In this document: positions 28,201 to 45,454 of the stretch, in pieces
How positions within the stretch are numbered: the first letter of the stretch is position 1
Layout: the number at the start of each line of letters is the position of its first letter
Assembly (NCBI RefSeq): GCF_009914755.1
Contig: NC_060929.1
Source: the human T2T-CHM13v2.0 reference genome, Homo sapiens
Length of the DNA: 64,000 nucleotides
Reading direction: 5' to 3' (one strand)
The notes under the pieces: generated by a model
Seen by the model: only the letters and a program-made list of their open reading frames with translations
What the model was told of the DNA's origin: nothing
Database searches by the model: none
Program-made: the position numbers and the translations under genes

Positions 28201-30389
28201 AGCTGGATGAATCAGTGCTGAGCTGAGAGGTGATAAAAGTTGTTCAAAGTTCATGAAGCTGAAAGCAATTAAAAGACAATAGTACACATTGACTGGCTCA
28301 GTTCACTTCAAACATATCCATGGTCTGTGAGTTACATACCAATTAGTACACCCCGGAAGAACTGAGGTGGGGGCAGGCATGGAGCAAGATCTGGGAAATT
28401 TTGGAGCAGCTTCCTTAATGGACTAGGCATCTGGCTTAGCACAGAGAATGTGGCACCAGATTTGTGAAATGGAGTGAGAAAAACTGATATGATAGTGGCT
28501 GCCTTCAGAGTTTTCCTAGGGAAGGAATATACTTTTAATCAGCATTTGGGGTAAAAGGCAAAGGGACAAGAATTAAGGAGAAAAGGAAAAGGGGGAGGGA
28601 AAGGGAGGGCAAATTAGCTGGCAAAAGCATGAGAAATAGAGATAAGATGGTAGCAGGTTTGGTGTCTGTGTTGGCAGAAAAGGGCAGAGAGATTTTTTAA
28701 AAAGTCAATATTCACTTAGAAATATGTAAAATATTATAATATAATATAATGTCCTTCCATGTTACTTTAAAATTGTTAGTGAAACTTCACAAAATAGAAT
28801 TGTCAACTATGAAAGGCATCATTTGACTGGGGGTCTAGAAGTCATGAAGAAGGGGCTGTCCCCTTCTTTGGTTTCAGGCCAAAGGGAAATGATTAAAGAA
28901 AAGCCACAGGAAAGAGTGGAGAATGAGAAATACAGAAAATTCTGGAAATCAGAACCAGGGATGACTGGGAAAAACATAAGTCCCAGAGGAATTTTAGAAG
29001 TTGTGGGGGAAGTGGCACTGGATGTTCCTTAGGATCTGGGTTGGGGATTCAAGTGATTTCATCTAAGCGTTAAAGGACAAGGTAAGACAAGCCAAGATAT
29101 CTGGCTTCTATATCCCACTAACCAGCTGTGTGGCCATGGGCAAGTCATTCTCCCTGGGCCCTAGTTTCTTCCTCTGTAAAATGGGAGAATTGGACTAAGT
29201 AATCCTTAAGACCCATATACATCTCTAGCACTTTCATCTCAAGTTTAATTCTCACCTCGACTTATGTCAAGTCCAGGGGGATGCATGACCATGTTAAGGG
29301 ACATTTCCAGAGGGCAGACTATTTCTTCCCCAAACGGCAGCCTGGACTCTCCATGAAAGGTAAGTGATCTCACAGCACATAATTGCTAAGTAGCTGCTTC
29401 TTTTTTCAGAAATGGAGAACTTTTCATTCCTCTGTTTTGTCTGAGTTACTTTTTCATACGTGCTTTGGGCTGGACATTCTCACACTTCCAAAAAATAGCA
29501 GAACCTTCTCAACTTTATTATTTTTCCTCTTTTATTAGATTAATAATAACAGAGTTCTCAAAAGGTCTCCGTGTTTCAAACTTCTAGTCCCAAAGTAGGG
29601 AGGAATTTCAAGAAAGATCCAACTGTCTATTGAACATTGCCCCTTGGATGTCTCCTGAGAACGTCAATCTCAGTTTGCCTCCAAACAGCCTCAGTATCTT
29701 TACCCCTACATCTGCACTTGCCCCCTATTACCTCTCTCATGGAATGGCAACCCTACCCTTTCGGTTGCCCAAGACTTTGATTCCTCTTTTACCTCTCATA
29801 TCCAATCAATTATCAAGTCCTGTTGGTTGTAAGCCATTACATGTGTGTCTGTTTGCTTCACTCTCCTCTGGACCCATTGCCACACACCCATCCAGGCCAC
29901 TCTCATCTCTAGCTGTGCTTACTTGGCCTCGTGATTTGTCCCTCTGCTGCCAGTTTTGCCCCCTCTAGTCTCTTTTCCACAGTGAAATCAGAAATACTTC
30001 GCCAAACTCTAGATCGACTCATGCCATCTCCTTGCCTAAAATCCTCTCTGATTTTAATTTCCCTCAGACAGCATAAGGAACAAAACTTAAACATAATTTA
30101 CAACTCCTTCCCCTCATAAACTAGACACAGACTTTCTTCCCAGCCCTGTCTTTTGTTATCCTCTCTTTTACATTCTAGTCATAAGGAAATTATTTTGTGT
30201 CCATCTTTCTCTCCCACTGACACACCATCATTACCAGCATGCTGTAACCCACTTCCCATGCTCAAAAAGCCTAGCTAATTTATGATTGAGGGGCTATGTG
30301 TGTGCTCCACAGTACTCTTCCTTATCCCATTTTAGCCCTTAGTTCTGGGTAGTGAACCTCTGTACAAGTCTGGATTGAGGGATTCTACA

Positions 30390-30945
30390 AGGCAATCACC
30401 CTTCTACCCTAGAGCTGCCTGAGAGCAGTCACTACTCTACCCTCTACAGTGCCTGCTGGAAGTAGTCACCCCCTCCTACCCTAATGTCTCCTGGGAGCAG
30501 TTACTCATCTATCCCAGTGCCTCCTGGGAATAGTCACACCTCTACCCAATGCCTTCTGGGAACAGTCACCCCTCTGCCCCAGTGCCTCCTGGGAGAAGTC
30601 ACCCTTTTATTCTAATGCCTCCTGGGAAGTCACCCCTCTACCCCAGTGCTTCCTGGGAGCAGTCACCCTTCTATTCTAATGCCTCCTGGGAGCAGTTACC
30701 CCTCTGCCCCAGTGCCTCCTGGGAGCAGTCATCATTCTATTCCAATGCCTCCCGGGAGCAGTCACCCCTCTCCCGAGGGCCTCTTGGGAGCAGTCACTAC
30801 TCTACCTCAGTGCCTCCTGGGAACAGTAACCCCTCTACCCCAGTACTTTATGAGGTCAGTTGCCACTCTAACCCCCAGTGCTCCTGGGAGCACTTACCCC
30901 TCTACCCTATTGCCTTGTGAGGACAGTCATCACTTTACACCTCCT
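30390..30945. repeat. 33-bp minisatellite, about 16-17 degenerate copies (GCCTCCTGGGAGCAGTCACCCCTCTACCCCAGT)
   Basis: Tandem units read directly from the sequence. Confidence 0.9.
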
Positions 30946-32039
30946 TCCTAGGTACAATGACTGACAGACACTAAGAAATACTTCACTTATTTGATAAACA
31001 AAAAACAATAATTTGTAATTTAAAATTATTTAAAAATATTTCAAAGAAACTTATTTCTATTGTCTCATTTTATTCCCCAAATAATCCTATGAGGTAAATT
31101 GGGCTTGTATTGTAATGGTTCTTTTCAGCCATAGGCATTAAATTCCTCAAAATCTCCAGTTAGAAGTAACTGTGGTTAAGGAACTTGAGAAATCATAATA
31201 GAAGTTCCCTGTTTTTGGACCAAATTTTGGGAGTATAACAAAAAACATTTTAAGCAAAACAACCACGGTAGCATGCAAAATAACGTCAATATAAATGACA
31301 CTTATTCATGTAATTAACAATGTGTATGATGCAATTTCACTTGGGATCTCCTCCTCAGAACTTTTTAATGCTTGCCTCTCCTGACACAAGAAACTTGAAA
31401 TTAATTTTGTTTGTAGCTAACATCTGTTATGAAATATTAAATAAAAATTATTTTGATTTTATGACTCAGGGCTTTTGACTTTTGTCTCCTTTGATCTGAG
31501 GGAATTATGAAAAACTGAATTTTTGAGATTGGTGAATTACTGGGGAAGTGTTTTGAAACTCCTTTCCCATTATACAAGATTACAAGTTCTTAACTCTGTT
31601 CAGGAGAATTTCTGGCCAAGATACTTGTAACAGGATGCTCTGTCTCAGGAAAGGCTTTCCCAGTAGAACCAAGGTACACTTCTAAGAATACAATTCACCT
31701 GCTTTCAATATTATTTATCTTTTAATAGTAGTTTATGCCACCTCTATTTTCTATATACCATTTTTATTCTTACCTAACCCTTTAGTTTCCTCTTTTCTTA
31801 AAAATGACTTGATATTTGCATATGCTAGAACTGAATATATACTGGAACTGAAACTGTTGGGGTCAACTAGAAGATCTGCAGAAGCAAATTTGTTCATACT
31901 GGATTTTCATATGTGATGAAATTGTGGTTTGGAGGATGTGACTGTGGGTAATTATTCATTTTTCCATATATTAGAGATGAATCTGATTGCCCTTTCTTCT
32001 GAAATATTTATAATAATTTATTATGTATATAATTACATA

Positions 32040-35000
32040 TAGGCGTAACTCGGAGACTGTGGGTTTGGTTCCAGAATACGACAATGAAGTGAATGTTGCA
32101 ATGAAGTGAGTCACATACATTTTTTAGTTCCCCAGTGCATAGAAAAGCTATGTTTTATACTATACTGTAGTCTATTGTGTGCAATAGCATTATGTCTAAA
32201 AAATACATAGCTTAATTAAAAAATACTTTATTGCTAATAAATGTCAGCCATCATCTGAGCTTATAAAAATAGTCATAATCTTTTTGCTGTTGGAGAGTTT
32301 TGTCTTGATGATATTTGTTTTTTTTTTTTAGATGGAGTCTCACTCTTGTCACTCAGGCTGGAGTGCATGGTGCGATCTTGGCTCACTGCAACCTCTGCCT
32401 CCTGGATTCAAGCCATTCTCCTGCCTCAGCCTTCTGGGTAGCTGGGGCTACAGGCACCTGGGTAATTTTTGAATTTTTAGTAAAAATGAGGTTTCATCAT
32501 GTTGGCCAGGTTGGTCTTGAACGCCTGACCTCAGGTGATCCATCAGCCTTGGCCTCCCATAGTGCTGGGATTACAGGTGTGAGTCACTGTGCCTGGCTTG
32601 TCTTGATGTTATGGCTGTTAACTGATAAGGGGGGTGGTGACTGCAGCCTTATGAAATGTATTTCTTAAGTAATAAGACTTGAAAGTTGAGATTACGCCTT
32701 CATCCATAAACTACAGAATGAATATTATGTTAGCATGCATGAAAACAACATTAATCTCCTTGTACGTTTTCATCAGAGCTCTTAGGTCACCAGGGGCAGT
32801 GTTAAGGAGTAGTAACCTTTGTTATTGTTGTTGAGAGACAGGATCTTACTTTGTCACCCAGACTGGAGTTCAGTGCCATGATCACAGCTCACTGCAGTCT
32901 TAAACTCCTGGGCAATCCTCTCACCTCAGCCTCTTTAGTAACTGGGAGTGCCATGATCATAGCTCACTGCAGTCTTAAACTCCTGGGCGATCCTCTCGCC
33001 TCAGCCTCTTTAGTAACTGGGACTACAGATGTGAACTACCATGCGTGGCTATTTTTTTTTTATTATTATTGTTCGTAGAGACAGTTGCCTATGTTGCCTA
33101 GGCTGATCTTGAACTCCTGACCTCAAGTGATCCTTCTGCCTCAGCTTCCCAAAGAGTTGGGATTATAGGCATGAAACACTGTGCCAGGCCAAATAGTAAT
33201 CTTTTGAAAAAATTTTTTTATTTTCTTTTTCTGAGTAGTAGGTCTCAACAGCAGGCCTAAAATATTCAGTAAACCATGCCATAAACAGATGTGCTATCCT
33301 CTAGGCTTTGTTGTCCTAATTTACAGAACACAAGCAGAGTAGATTTAGCATAATTCTTAAAGACCCTAGGATTTTAGGAATGGTAAATGAGCATTGGCTT
33401 CAAGTTAGAGTCACTAGCTGCATTATTCTCTAACTAGAGAGTCAGCCTGTTCTTTGATATTTTGAAGCCAGGCATTGAGTTCTCTCCAGCTATGAAAGTT
33501 GTAGATGGCATCTTCTTCCAATATAAGGTTGTTTGTCTACATTAAAAACTCATCTACACTAAAAATCATTGTTTAGCGCAGCCACTTTTACCAATTATCT
33601 TAGCTAGATCTTTTGATAACTTGCCACAGCTTCTACATCAGCACTTGCTGCGTCACCTTGCAGTCTCGCAGTTTTATATTATGGAGATGGCTGTTTTCCC
33701 TTAAACCTTATGAAATAATCTCTGCTAGCTTCCAACATTTCTTTCATCTTTTTTTTTTTTTTTTTTTTTTTGTTGAGACAGTCTTGCTCTGTCACCCAGG
33801 TTGGAGTGCAGTGGCATGATCTCAGCTCACTGAAAATTCCATCTTCTGGGTTCATGCCATTCTCCTGCCTCAGCCTCCCAAGTAGCTGAGACTACAGGCG
33901 CCCACCACCACACCCGGCTAATTTTTTGTGTTTTTAGTAGAGACGGGGTTTCACTGTGTTAGCCAGGATGGTCTCGATCTCCTGACCTCGTGATCTGCCA
34001 GCCTTGGACTCCCAAAGTGCTGGGATTACAGGCGTGAGCCACGGTGCCCAACCTTATCCTTTGTTTTCTAAGACAGGGATTTGCTCTGTTGTCCAGGCAT
34101 GTCCAGGAGTACACTGGTACCATCTCAGCTTATGGTGGCCTCAACATCCCAGGCTCAAGCAATCCTCCTACCTCAGCCTCCCAAGTTGCTGGGACTACAG
34201 GTGCAGGCCGCCATGCCTGGCTATTTTCTTTTGTATTTTTTTTTGTAGAGATGGGGGTCTCACCATTTTGCTCAGGCTGGTCTTGAACTCCTGGGCTAAA
34301 GCAATCTGCCCACCTTGGGATTACAAGTGTGATTACAATTGGGATTACAATCTGCCCAACACTTTGGGATTACAGGTGTGAGCCACCATGCCCAGCCCCA
34401 ACTTTTCTTCTGCAGCTTTCTCACCTCTCTCTGTCTTCATAAAATTGAAGAAAGTTAGGGGCTTGCTCTGGATTAGGCTTTGGCTTAAGGGAGTGTTGTG
34501 GCTGGTTAGACCTTCTATCCAGCTCTATAAAACTTTCTTCATATCAGCAATAAGGCTGTTTTGCTTTCTTACCATTTGTGTATTCACTGGAATAGCACTT
34601 TTAATTTTCTTCAAGAACTTTTTCTTTGCATTCACAACTTGGTCAACTATTTGGTGCAAGAGGCCTAGATTTCAGCCTGTCTTGGCTTTCAACATGCATT
34701 CCTCATGAAGGTTAATCATTTTCTAGCTTTTGATTTAAAGTGAGGGACATTCAACTCTTCCTTTTACTTGAACACTTAGAGGCCATTGTAGGGTTATTTA
34801 TTGGCCTAATTTCAATGTTTCTGTGTCTCAGGGAATAAGGAGGCCCACGAAGAGGGAGAGAGATGGGGGAACAGCTGGATGGTAGAGTAGTCAGGACACA
34901 CACATTTAGAGATTAAGTTTGCCACCTTACATGAGTGTGGTTGGCGGTGCCCCAAAATGATTACAATAGTAACATCAAAGATCACTGATCACAAACCACT

Positions 35001-35219
35001 ATACCAGGTGTAATAAATGACAAGGTTTAAAATATTGTGAGAATACCCAGAATGTGACCCAGAGACACAAAACCAGCACATGCTGTTGGAAAAATCATGG
35101 TGGTGTTCTTGCTTGATGCAGGGTTGCTGCAAACCTTCAATTTGTAAAAAACACAGTATCTGTGAAGTGCAATAAAGGAAGTTCAATGAAGTGAAGAGCA
35201 ATGAAACGAGGTTTGCCTG
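32040..35219 (-). mobile_element. Tigger1 (TcMar) DNA transposon remnant interrupted by four Alus (about 32318-32597, 32830-33190, 33748-34050, 34060-34398; all minus strand)
   Basis: Both terminal inverted repeats visible (aggcgtaactcggaga... / ...aacgaggtttgcctg); decayed transposase sequence; Alu sequence. Confidence 0.82.
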
Positions 35220-35778
35220 TGTTATTATATAATTAATATGGATTTAATTTGTAATAATAAACAATAAAAATGAAGAGACGTTAAGTGGCTTAAGGTTGCA
35301 AGAATAGTCAGTAGTAGAGTTAAAATGAGGTCCCCACTGTGCATCCCAGACACCTTGGCTCTTGATTTTTCTACCTCAACGTGAGCCAGAATTCCACTTA
35401 GGTTTACCTCCGTAGCCTGAGTCATCTGTGATTGCCCTGGTTAGTTTGTTTAAAAATAACCTTTTTATTTTGAAGTAATTTCAGGTTTACAGAAAAATTG
35501 CAACGATAATACAGAGAGTTCCTTTACCTGAGATTCTCCTAATCTCACATAGCCAAGATACATTGGTCAAAAACTAAGAAATTAATATCGATACAGGACA
35601 ATGAACTAAACAACAGACTATTCAGATTTCACCTGGGTGATTTTTTCACTTCTTAAATTAGAAAACATTTCAAATTAGAGAAAAGTAGAGACTGGCCTTA
35701 GTGTCACAGTGACACATAGGCCTCAGGGCACCAAAAGACTCAATGGGTCAAAGATTTGTGGACTGTTGGTTTGTCTTA

Positions 35779-36129
<351 letters not shown>

Positions 36130-37699
36130 TGAGTCACACTTCTTCTGACTCTTCCACTACAGTGGGATCCCCCAAATCTAGGACCCCCTAAGCTGGTGTT
36201 GCTGGACAGTGATCTGGCTTTTTAAGGTAGGAACCCTGGTCTCTTGATGACAGCCAATCACAACTTTCTTGCTCCATTTGAGATGCTGAAGGGACTCTCT
36301 GGTTATTATAAAACTCATTAAATTGCAAGCAAATAAATTTCTCGATACAGACTTTCCATAGCCATGAGACAATATCACATACTTTTTTTAAATTGTAATA
36401 TGCGCATGTTATGTTCTGAATAGGGGCACACAAATTCAAGTACATCTTTCTGAAGAATAATAGACCAAAGTTGTTAATCTGTTTTTTCTTAAAGAAAAGC
36501 CTATTAATATCAGATGAGTGGAAGAGAATCTATAAAGTCAAAATGACTAAGAATCTGCTATGACAAGACCACAAACCCACAGAAGCAGAAACAGAAGAAA
36601 GAGAAGAGACAAAAAAGAATTGGGAAGAAAGTAGAGACACAGGCTTCGGCATTTAAGTACTCCTGTGGCTTGAATGGCAAAATGCCCGTGGAGACTCAGA
36701 GAAGCAGCACATCGATAAATCAATCAGACACTACAAGCTTGAAGAAGAATGATAGAGTGATGTCCCCCGGCTGGAATGCCTGATGGGGGTTGGGAGTTGC
36801 ACATGCCTCCAGGAAATATCCACCTTCAGAAGACTTACTCTCTGAGGTCTAGTTTTCCCCTCTTCATTAAACCTCAATTGTTGGCAAGAGACCATGGATG
36901 TTTAGAAAAACCACTGGGCATTGCTTTTTATATGCCCGTCTGATTGAGGCCACTGAGGCAGATCCACTGACGTTCCCTGGTGTCCAGGGAGGTTGACAAC
37001 CACTGCAACATTTTTAGGGTGTCGTTGAGGTTTTGTTGTCTGATTTTTAAAACAAAACTAGCATTCTTTCTGAGGGTATTTTGGCTTATTATTCTGATAT
37101 GTGAAATTGAGATAAAAGCAAATTAACACGTGCAGGTAGCTACACTCAACCCCCGCCCCCTTCCAATCTCTAATAACTTTATTCTGTCCTTTCATGAGAG
37201 AGCCAAGGAGATAACACCCCATCTAGTGAGTGGATAATTAATTTCAATTTTCTCAATCTTTTTAGAGTTGTACACGTGAGGATTTGGTGACTTTTTACAT
37301 CTCCAATATAATGTTCTCTATCACAAATGCTTCTTAATTGTCCAGGCTATAGATATGACATCTAGGCAGCTTTCCTTTCCTTTGGACCATTAGTAAGACA
37401 AATGGCTTTGCTGTCCAGCAGTGTGGGGTGGGGCTCTGTTGAGTACAGAATCATGTAGAGAAGCCTCTGATGGTGGTAGAAGGCATGTACAGGTTTGGAA
37501 TCTGTAATATCACAGGGTATAAATTGAGAAGAGAAGTAAAAGGCAAGTTTGAGTTAAATCTATTCCGCCCTTCTGCTATGTTCCTATGGCACTGAGACTT
37601 GTTCTACGTCATGATGGAAGAGCTGTCTGTCTAGGGAAAAATCCATCCTGACTCTGATTTATCTGCACAATGACAACAATGCAAGGTTCTTGAATTATC

Positions 37700-38430
37700 T
37701 CATGGATTAAAGACCCCTTAGAGACTGAGATTCAGACAGTGTATATTGGCACCATGATAGCAAGCAGACAAATGATACACATCGGAGAGCCAGGCAACAG
37801 ACCCGTGTAGATATGCGAGCTAGTTACGTGACAGATATGGCCTTGCAAATCAGTACAGACAGACAGACCCCTTGGAAAATAGTGTTGAGACCATCAATAA
37901 CTCATATACCAATGACAACAAAAACTTGTTTCTACTTCAACACAAAAAATAAATTCTAAGTGCATTAAAGACCTGCCTCATTGAGGGATAGGGTGAGGAT
38001 TAAAACAAAATACAAGAGCATATCCTTATGGTCTTGAGGTAGGGAGGAAACTCTTAGGGCACAGGTATCAATAATGAAAAACTGATAAATCTCACTATAT
38101 TAAACTTTCTGTGCCCTAAACAACATGCAAAGGTAAACCACATATTGGGAGGAGATGTTTGTAACATTATTAGATACACAAATTTGAAAAGGAAAAGATA
38201 ACTCAATGGAAAAATAAAAAATGACACGAACAGGTTATTCACAGAAAAGAAATCCAAATATCTCCAAATCATACAGTTATTTTCAGCTTAACTAGTAATC
38301 AGGGACATGTAAATTAAAACAGCAATGAAATTACCTTGTTATACCATCATCAGACTGGTGAAAAATGAGAAGTCTAATTAAAGTTGAGATTTGGCAAAGA
38401 TGAGATGCAATGGATACTTTCATAAACAAA
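37700..38430 (+). mobile_element. Old L1M remnant that hosts the L1HS (continues at about 44500-45120)
   Basis: Decayed ORF2 3' sequence is collinear across the L1HS insertion. Confidence 0.55.
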
Positions 38431-38663
38431 TTTTTTTTTTTTAATTTTTTTTTTTTTTATTATACTCTAAGTTTTAGGGTACATGTGCACATTGTGCAGG
38501 TTAGTTACATATGTATACATGTGCCATGCTGGTGCGCTGCACCCACTAACGTGTCATCTAGCATTAGGTATATCTCCCAATGCTATCCCTCCCCCCTCCC
38601 CCGACCCCACCACAGTCCCCAGAGTGTGATATTCCCCTTCCTGTGTCCAAGTGATCTCATTGT

Positions 38664-42515
<3,852 letters not shown>

Positions 42516-42554
42516 TCATTAGTTGATGCAGTTTCTTCCTAGTCTCGATGGTCT

Positions 42555-43571
42555 TTACATTTTGGCATGATTTTGCAGCGGCTGGTACCGGTTGTTCCTT
42601 TCCATGTTTAGCGCTTCCTTCAGGAGCTCTTTTAGGGCAGGCCTGGTGGTGACAAAATCTCTCAGCATTTGCTTGTCTATAAAGTATTTTATTTCTCCTT
42701 CACTTATGAAGCTTAGCTTGGCTGGATATGAAATTCTGGGTTGAAAATTCTTTTCTTTAAGAATGTTGAATATTGGCCCCCACTCTCTTCTGGCTTGTAG
42801 GGTTTCTGCCAAGAGATCCGCTGTTAGTTTGATGGGCTTTCCTTTGAGGGTAACCCGACCTTTCTCTCTGGCTGCCCTTAACATTTTTTCCTTCATTTCA
42901 ACTTTGGTGAATCTGACAATTATGTGTCTTGGAGTTGCTCTTCTCGAGGAGTATCTTTGTTGCGTTCTCTGTATTTCCTGAATCTGAACGTTGGCCTGCC
43001 TTGCTAGATTGGGGAAGTTCTCCTGGATAATATCCTGCAGAGTGTTTTCCAACTTGGTTCCATTCTCCACATCACTTTCAGGTACACCAATCAGACGTAG
43101 ATTTGGTCTTTTCACATAGTCCCATGTTTCTTGGAGGCTTTGCTCATTTCTTTTTATTCTTTTTTCTCTAAACTTCCCTTCTCGCTTCATTTCATTCATT
43201 TCATCTTCCATTGCTGATACCCTTTCTTCCAGTTGATCGCATCGGCTCCTGAGGCTTCTGCATTCTTCACGTAGTTCTCGAGCCTTGGTTTTCAGCTCCA
43301 TCAGCTCCTTTAAGCACTTCTCTGTATTGGTTATTCTAGTTATACATTCTTCTAAATTTTTTTCAAAGTTTTCAACTTCTTTGCCTTTGGTTTGAATGTC
43401 CTCCCGTAGCTTAGAGTAATTTGATCGTCTGAAGCTTTCTTCTCTCAGCTCGTCAAAATCATTCTCCATCCAGCTTTGTTCTGTTGCTGGTGAGGAACTG
43501 CGTTCCTTTGGAGGAGGAGAGGCGCTCTGCGTTTTAGAGTTTCCAGTTTTTCTGTTCTGTTTTTTCCCCAT
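42555..43571 (-). CDS. L1 ORF1p (338 aa, intact reading frame)
   Basis: MGKKQNRKTGNSKTQSASPPPK...RYQPLQNHAKM, full length. Confidence 0.95.
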   Translation of the reverse strand: MGKKQNRKTGNSKTQSASPPPKERSSSPATEQSWMENDFDELREESFRRSNYSKLREDIQTKGKEVENFEKNLEECITRITNTEKCLKELMELKTKARELREECRSLRSRCDQLEERVSAMEDEMNEMKREGKFREKRIKRNEQSLQETWDYVKRPNLRLIGVPESDVENGTKLENTLQDIIQENFPNLARQANVQIQEIQRTQQRYSSRRATPRHIIVRFTKVEMKEKMLRAAREKGRVTLKGKPIKLTADLLAETLQARREWGPIFNILKEKNFQPRISYPAKLSFISEGEIKYFIDKQMLRDFVTTRPALKELLKEALNMERNNRYQPLQNHAKM

Positions 43572-44026
43572 CTTTGTGGTTTTATCTACTTTTGGTCTTT
43601 GATGATGGTGATGTACAGATGGGTTTTCGGTGTAGATGTCCTTTCCGGTTGTTAGTTTTCCTTCTAACAGACAGGACCCTCAGCTGCAGGTCTGTTGGAA
43701 TACCCTGCCGTGTGAGGTGTCAGTGTGGCCCTGCTGGGGGGTGCCTCCCAGTTAGGCTGCTCGGGGGTCAGGGGTCAGGGACCCACTTGAGGAGGCAGTC
43801 TGCTCGTTCTCAGATCTCCAGCTGCGTGCTGGGAGAACCACTGCTCTCTTCAAAGCTGTCAGACAGGGACACTTAAGTCTGCAGAGGTTACTGCTGTCTT
43901 TTTGTTTGTCTGTGCCCTGCCCCCAGAGGTGGAGCCTACAGAGGCAGGCAGGCCTCCTTGAGCTGTGGTGGGCTCCACCAAGTTCGAGGTTCCCGGCTGC
44001 TTTGTTTACCTAAGCAAGCCTGGGCA

Positions 44027-44242
44027 ATGGCGGGCGCCCCTCCCCCAGCCTCGTTGCCGCCTTGCAGTTTGATCTCAGACTGCTGTGCTAGCAATCAGCG
44101 AGATTCCGTGGGCGTAGAACCCTCTGAGCCAGGTGTGGGATATAGTCTCGTGGTGCGCCGTTTCTTAAGCCGGTCTGAAAAGCACAATATTCGGGTGGGA
44201 GTGACCCGATTTTCCAGGTGCGTCCGTCACCCCTTTCTTTGA
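44027..44242 (+). CDS. L1 ORF0 (71 aa) in the antisense-promoter region of the L1 5'UTR
   Basis: MAGAPPPASLPPCSLISDCCASNQRDSVGV...RCVRHPFL, ATG at 44027. Confidence 0.8.
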   Translation: MAGAPPPASLPPCSLISDCCASNQRDSVGVEPSEPGVGYSLVVRRFLSRSEKHNIRVGVTRFSRCVRHPFL

Positions 44243-44525
44243 CTCGGAAAGGGAACTCCCTGACCCCTTGCGCTTCCCAGGTGAGGCAATGCCTCGCCCT
44301 GCTTCGGCTCGCGCACGGTGCGCACACACACTGGCCTGCGCCCACTGTCTGGCACTCCCTAGTGAGATGAACCCGGTACCTCAGATGGAAATGCAGAAAT
44401 CACCCGTCTTCTGCGTCGCTCACGCTGGGAGCTGTAGACCGGAGCTGTTCCTATTCGGCCATCTTGGCTCCTCCCACTCTCATAAACAAATTTTTGTGAC
44501 CATTTTGAGAAGAATTTAGCTTGCT

Positions 44526-44568
<43 letters not shown>

Positions 44569-44852
44569 TTTTTGAGACAGTGTCTCACTCTGTGGCCCAG
44601 GCTGGAGTGCAGTGGTGTGGTTTCGGCTCACTGCAACCTTTGCCTCCTAGGTTCAAGCAATTCTCTGACTCAGCCTCCTGAGTAGCTGGGATTATAGGTG
44701 CCTACCACTACGCCTGGCTAATTTTTGTAGTTTTAGTTGAGATGGGGTTTCACCATCTTGGCCAGGCTGGTCTTGAACTCCTGACCTCGTGATCCACTCT
44801 CCTGGGCCTCCCAAAGTGCTGGGATTACAGGCGTGAGCCACCATACCCGGCC
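44526..44852 (-). mobile_element. Alu (AluS-like) with (TTTA)n tail
   Basis: Reverse Alu dimer. Confidence 0.92.
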
Positions 44853-45454
44853 AGAATTTAGTTTTATTAAGCCGTGTTGAAAGTGCACATGTTCTTAGAC
44901 CCAGCATTTTCACATCTATATACATACCTTGAAGCAATTTGCACACGTGCACAAGGAGATCTTCAGAAATATTAATTACGTCATCATTCAGTAAATGTCA
45001 AAAATGGAAACAAATGTCCATCAAAGAGCAGAATAAAAAAATTGTAACATATTTATAAAATAGAATATCTAATGGCAGTTAAAATTATACTATATCTCAT
45101 GAATACATAGCATATAATAATGTCTTATTAAGGGTTAACTATTATTTTGCTGTAAGTACTACTATAAGCACTTTGCATGTCAATATTAATTCATATAACT
45201 CTCATAACAACCCTGTGATGGGGGGTACTATTAGCATCCCCATTTTACAGATGAAGAAAGTAAGAAGCAGGGAAGTTTAAGTATTTAAAGGTCTCATAGC
45301 TGTCGGTGGCAGAGTTGGGCTGTGAACCAGCCCATCTACTCCAGAATTGGTGCTTTAACACTATGCTTGCCTCATAAAACAAACAGAATGCTAGGAAACA
45401 AAATGTAAAGTTGAGCAAAAAGTTCCACTGGGAAGACGATACATATGAGTCTCC

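Noticed and set aside
30390-30945. CRISPR-like array or Pro/Ser-rich protein
   Set aside because: Head-to-tail tandem units with no unique spacers in a human intron; the ORFs arise because the unit length is a multiple of 3.
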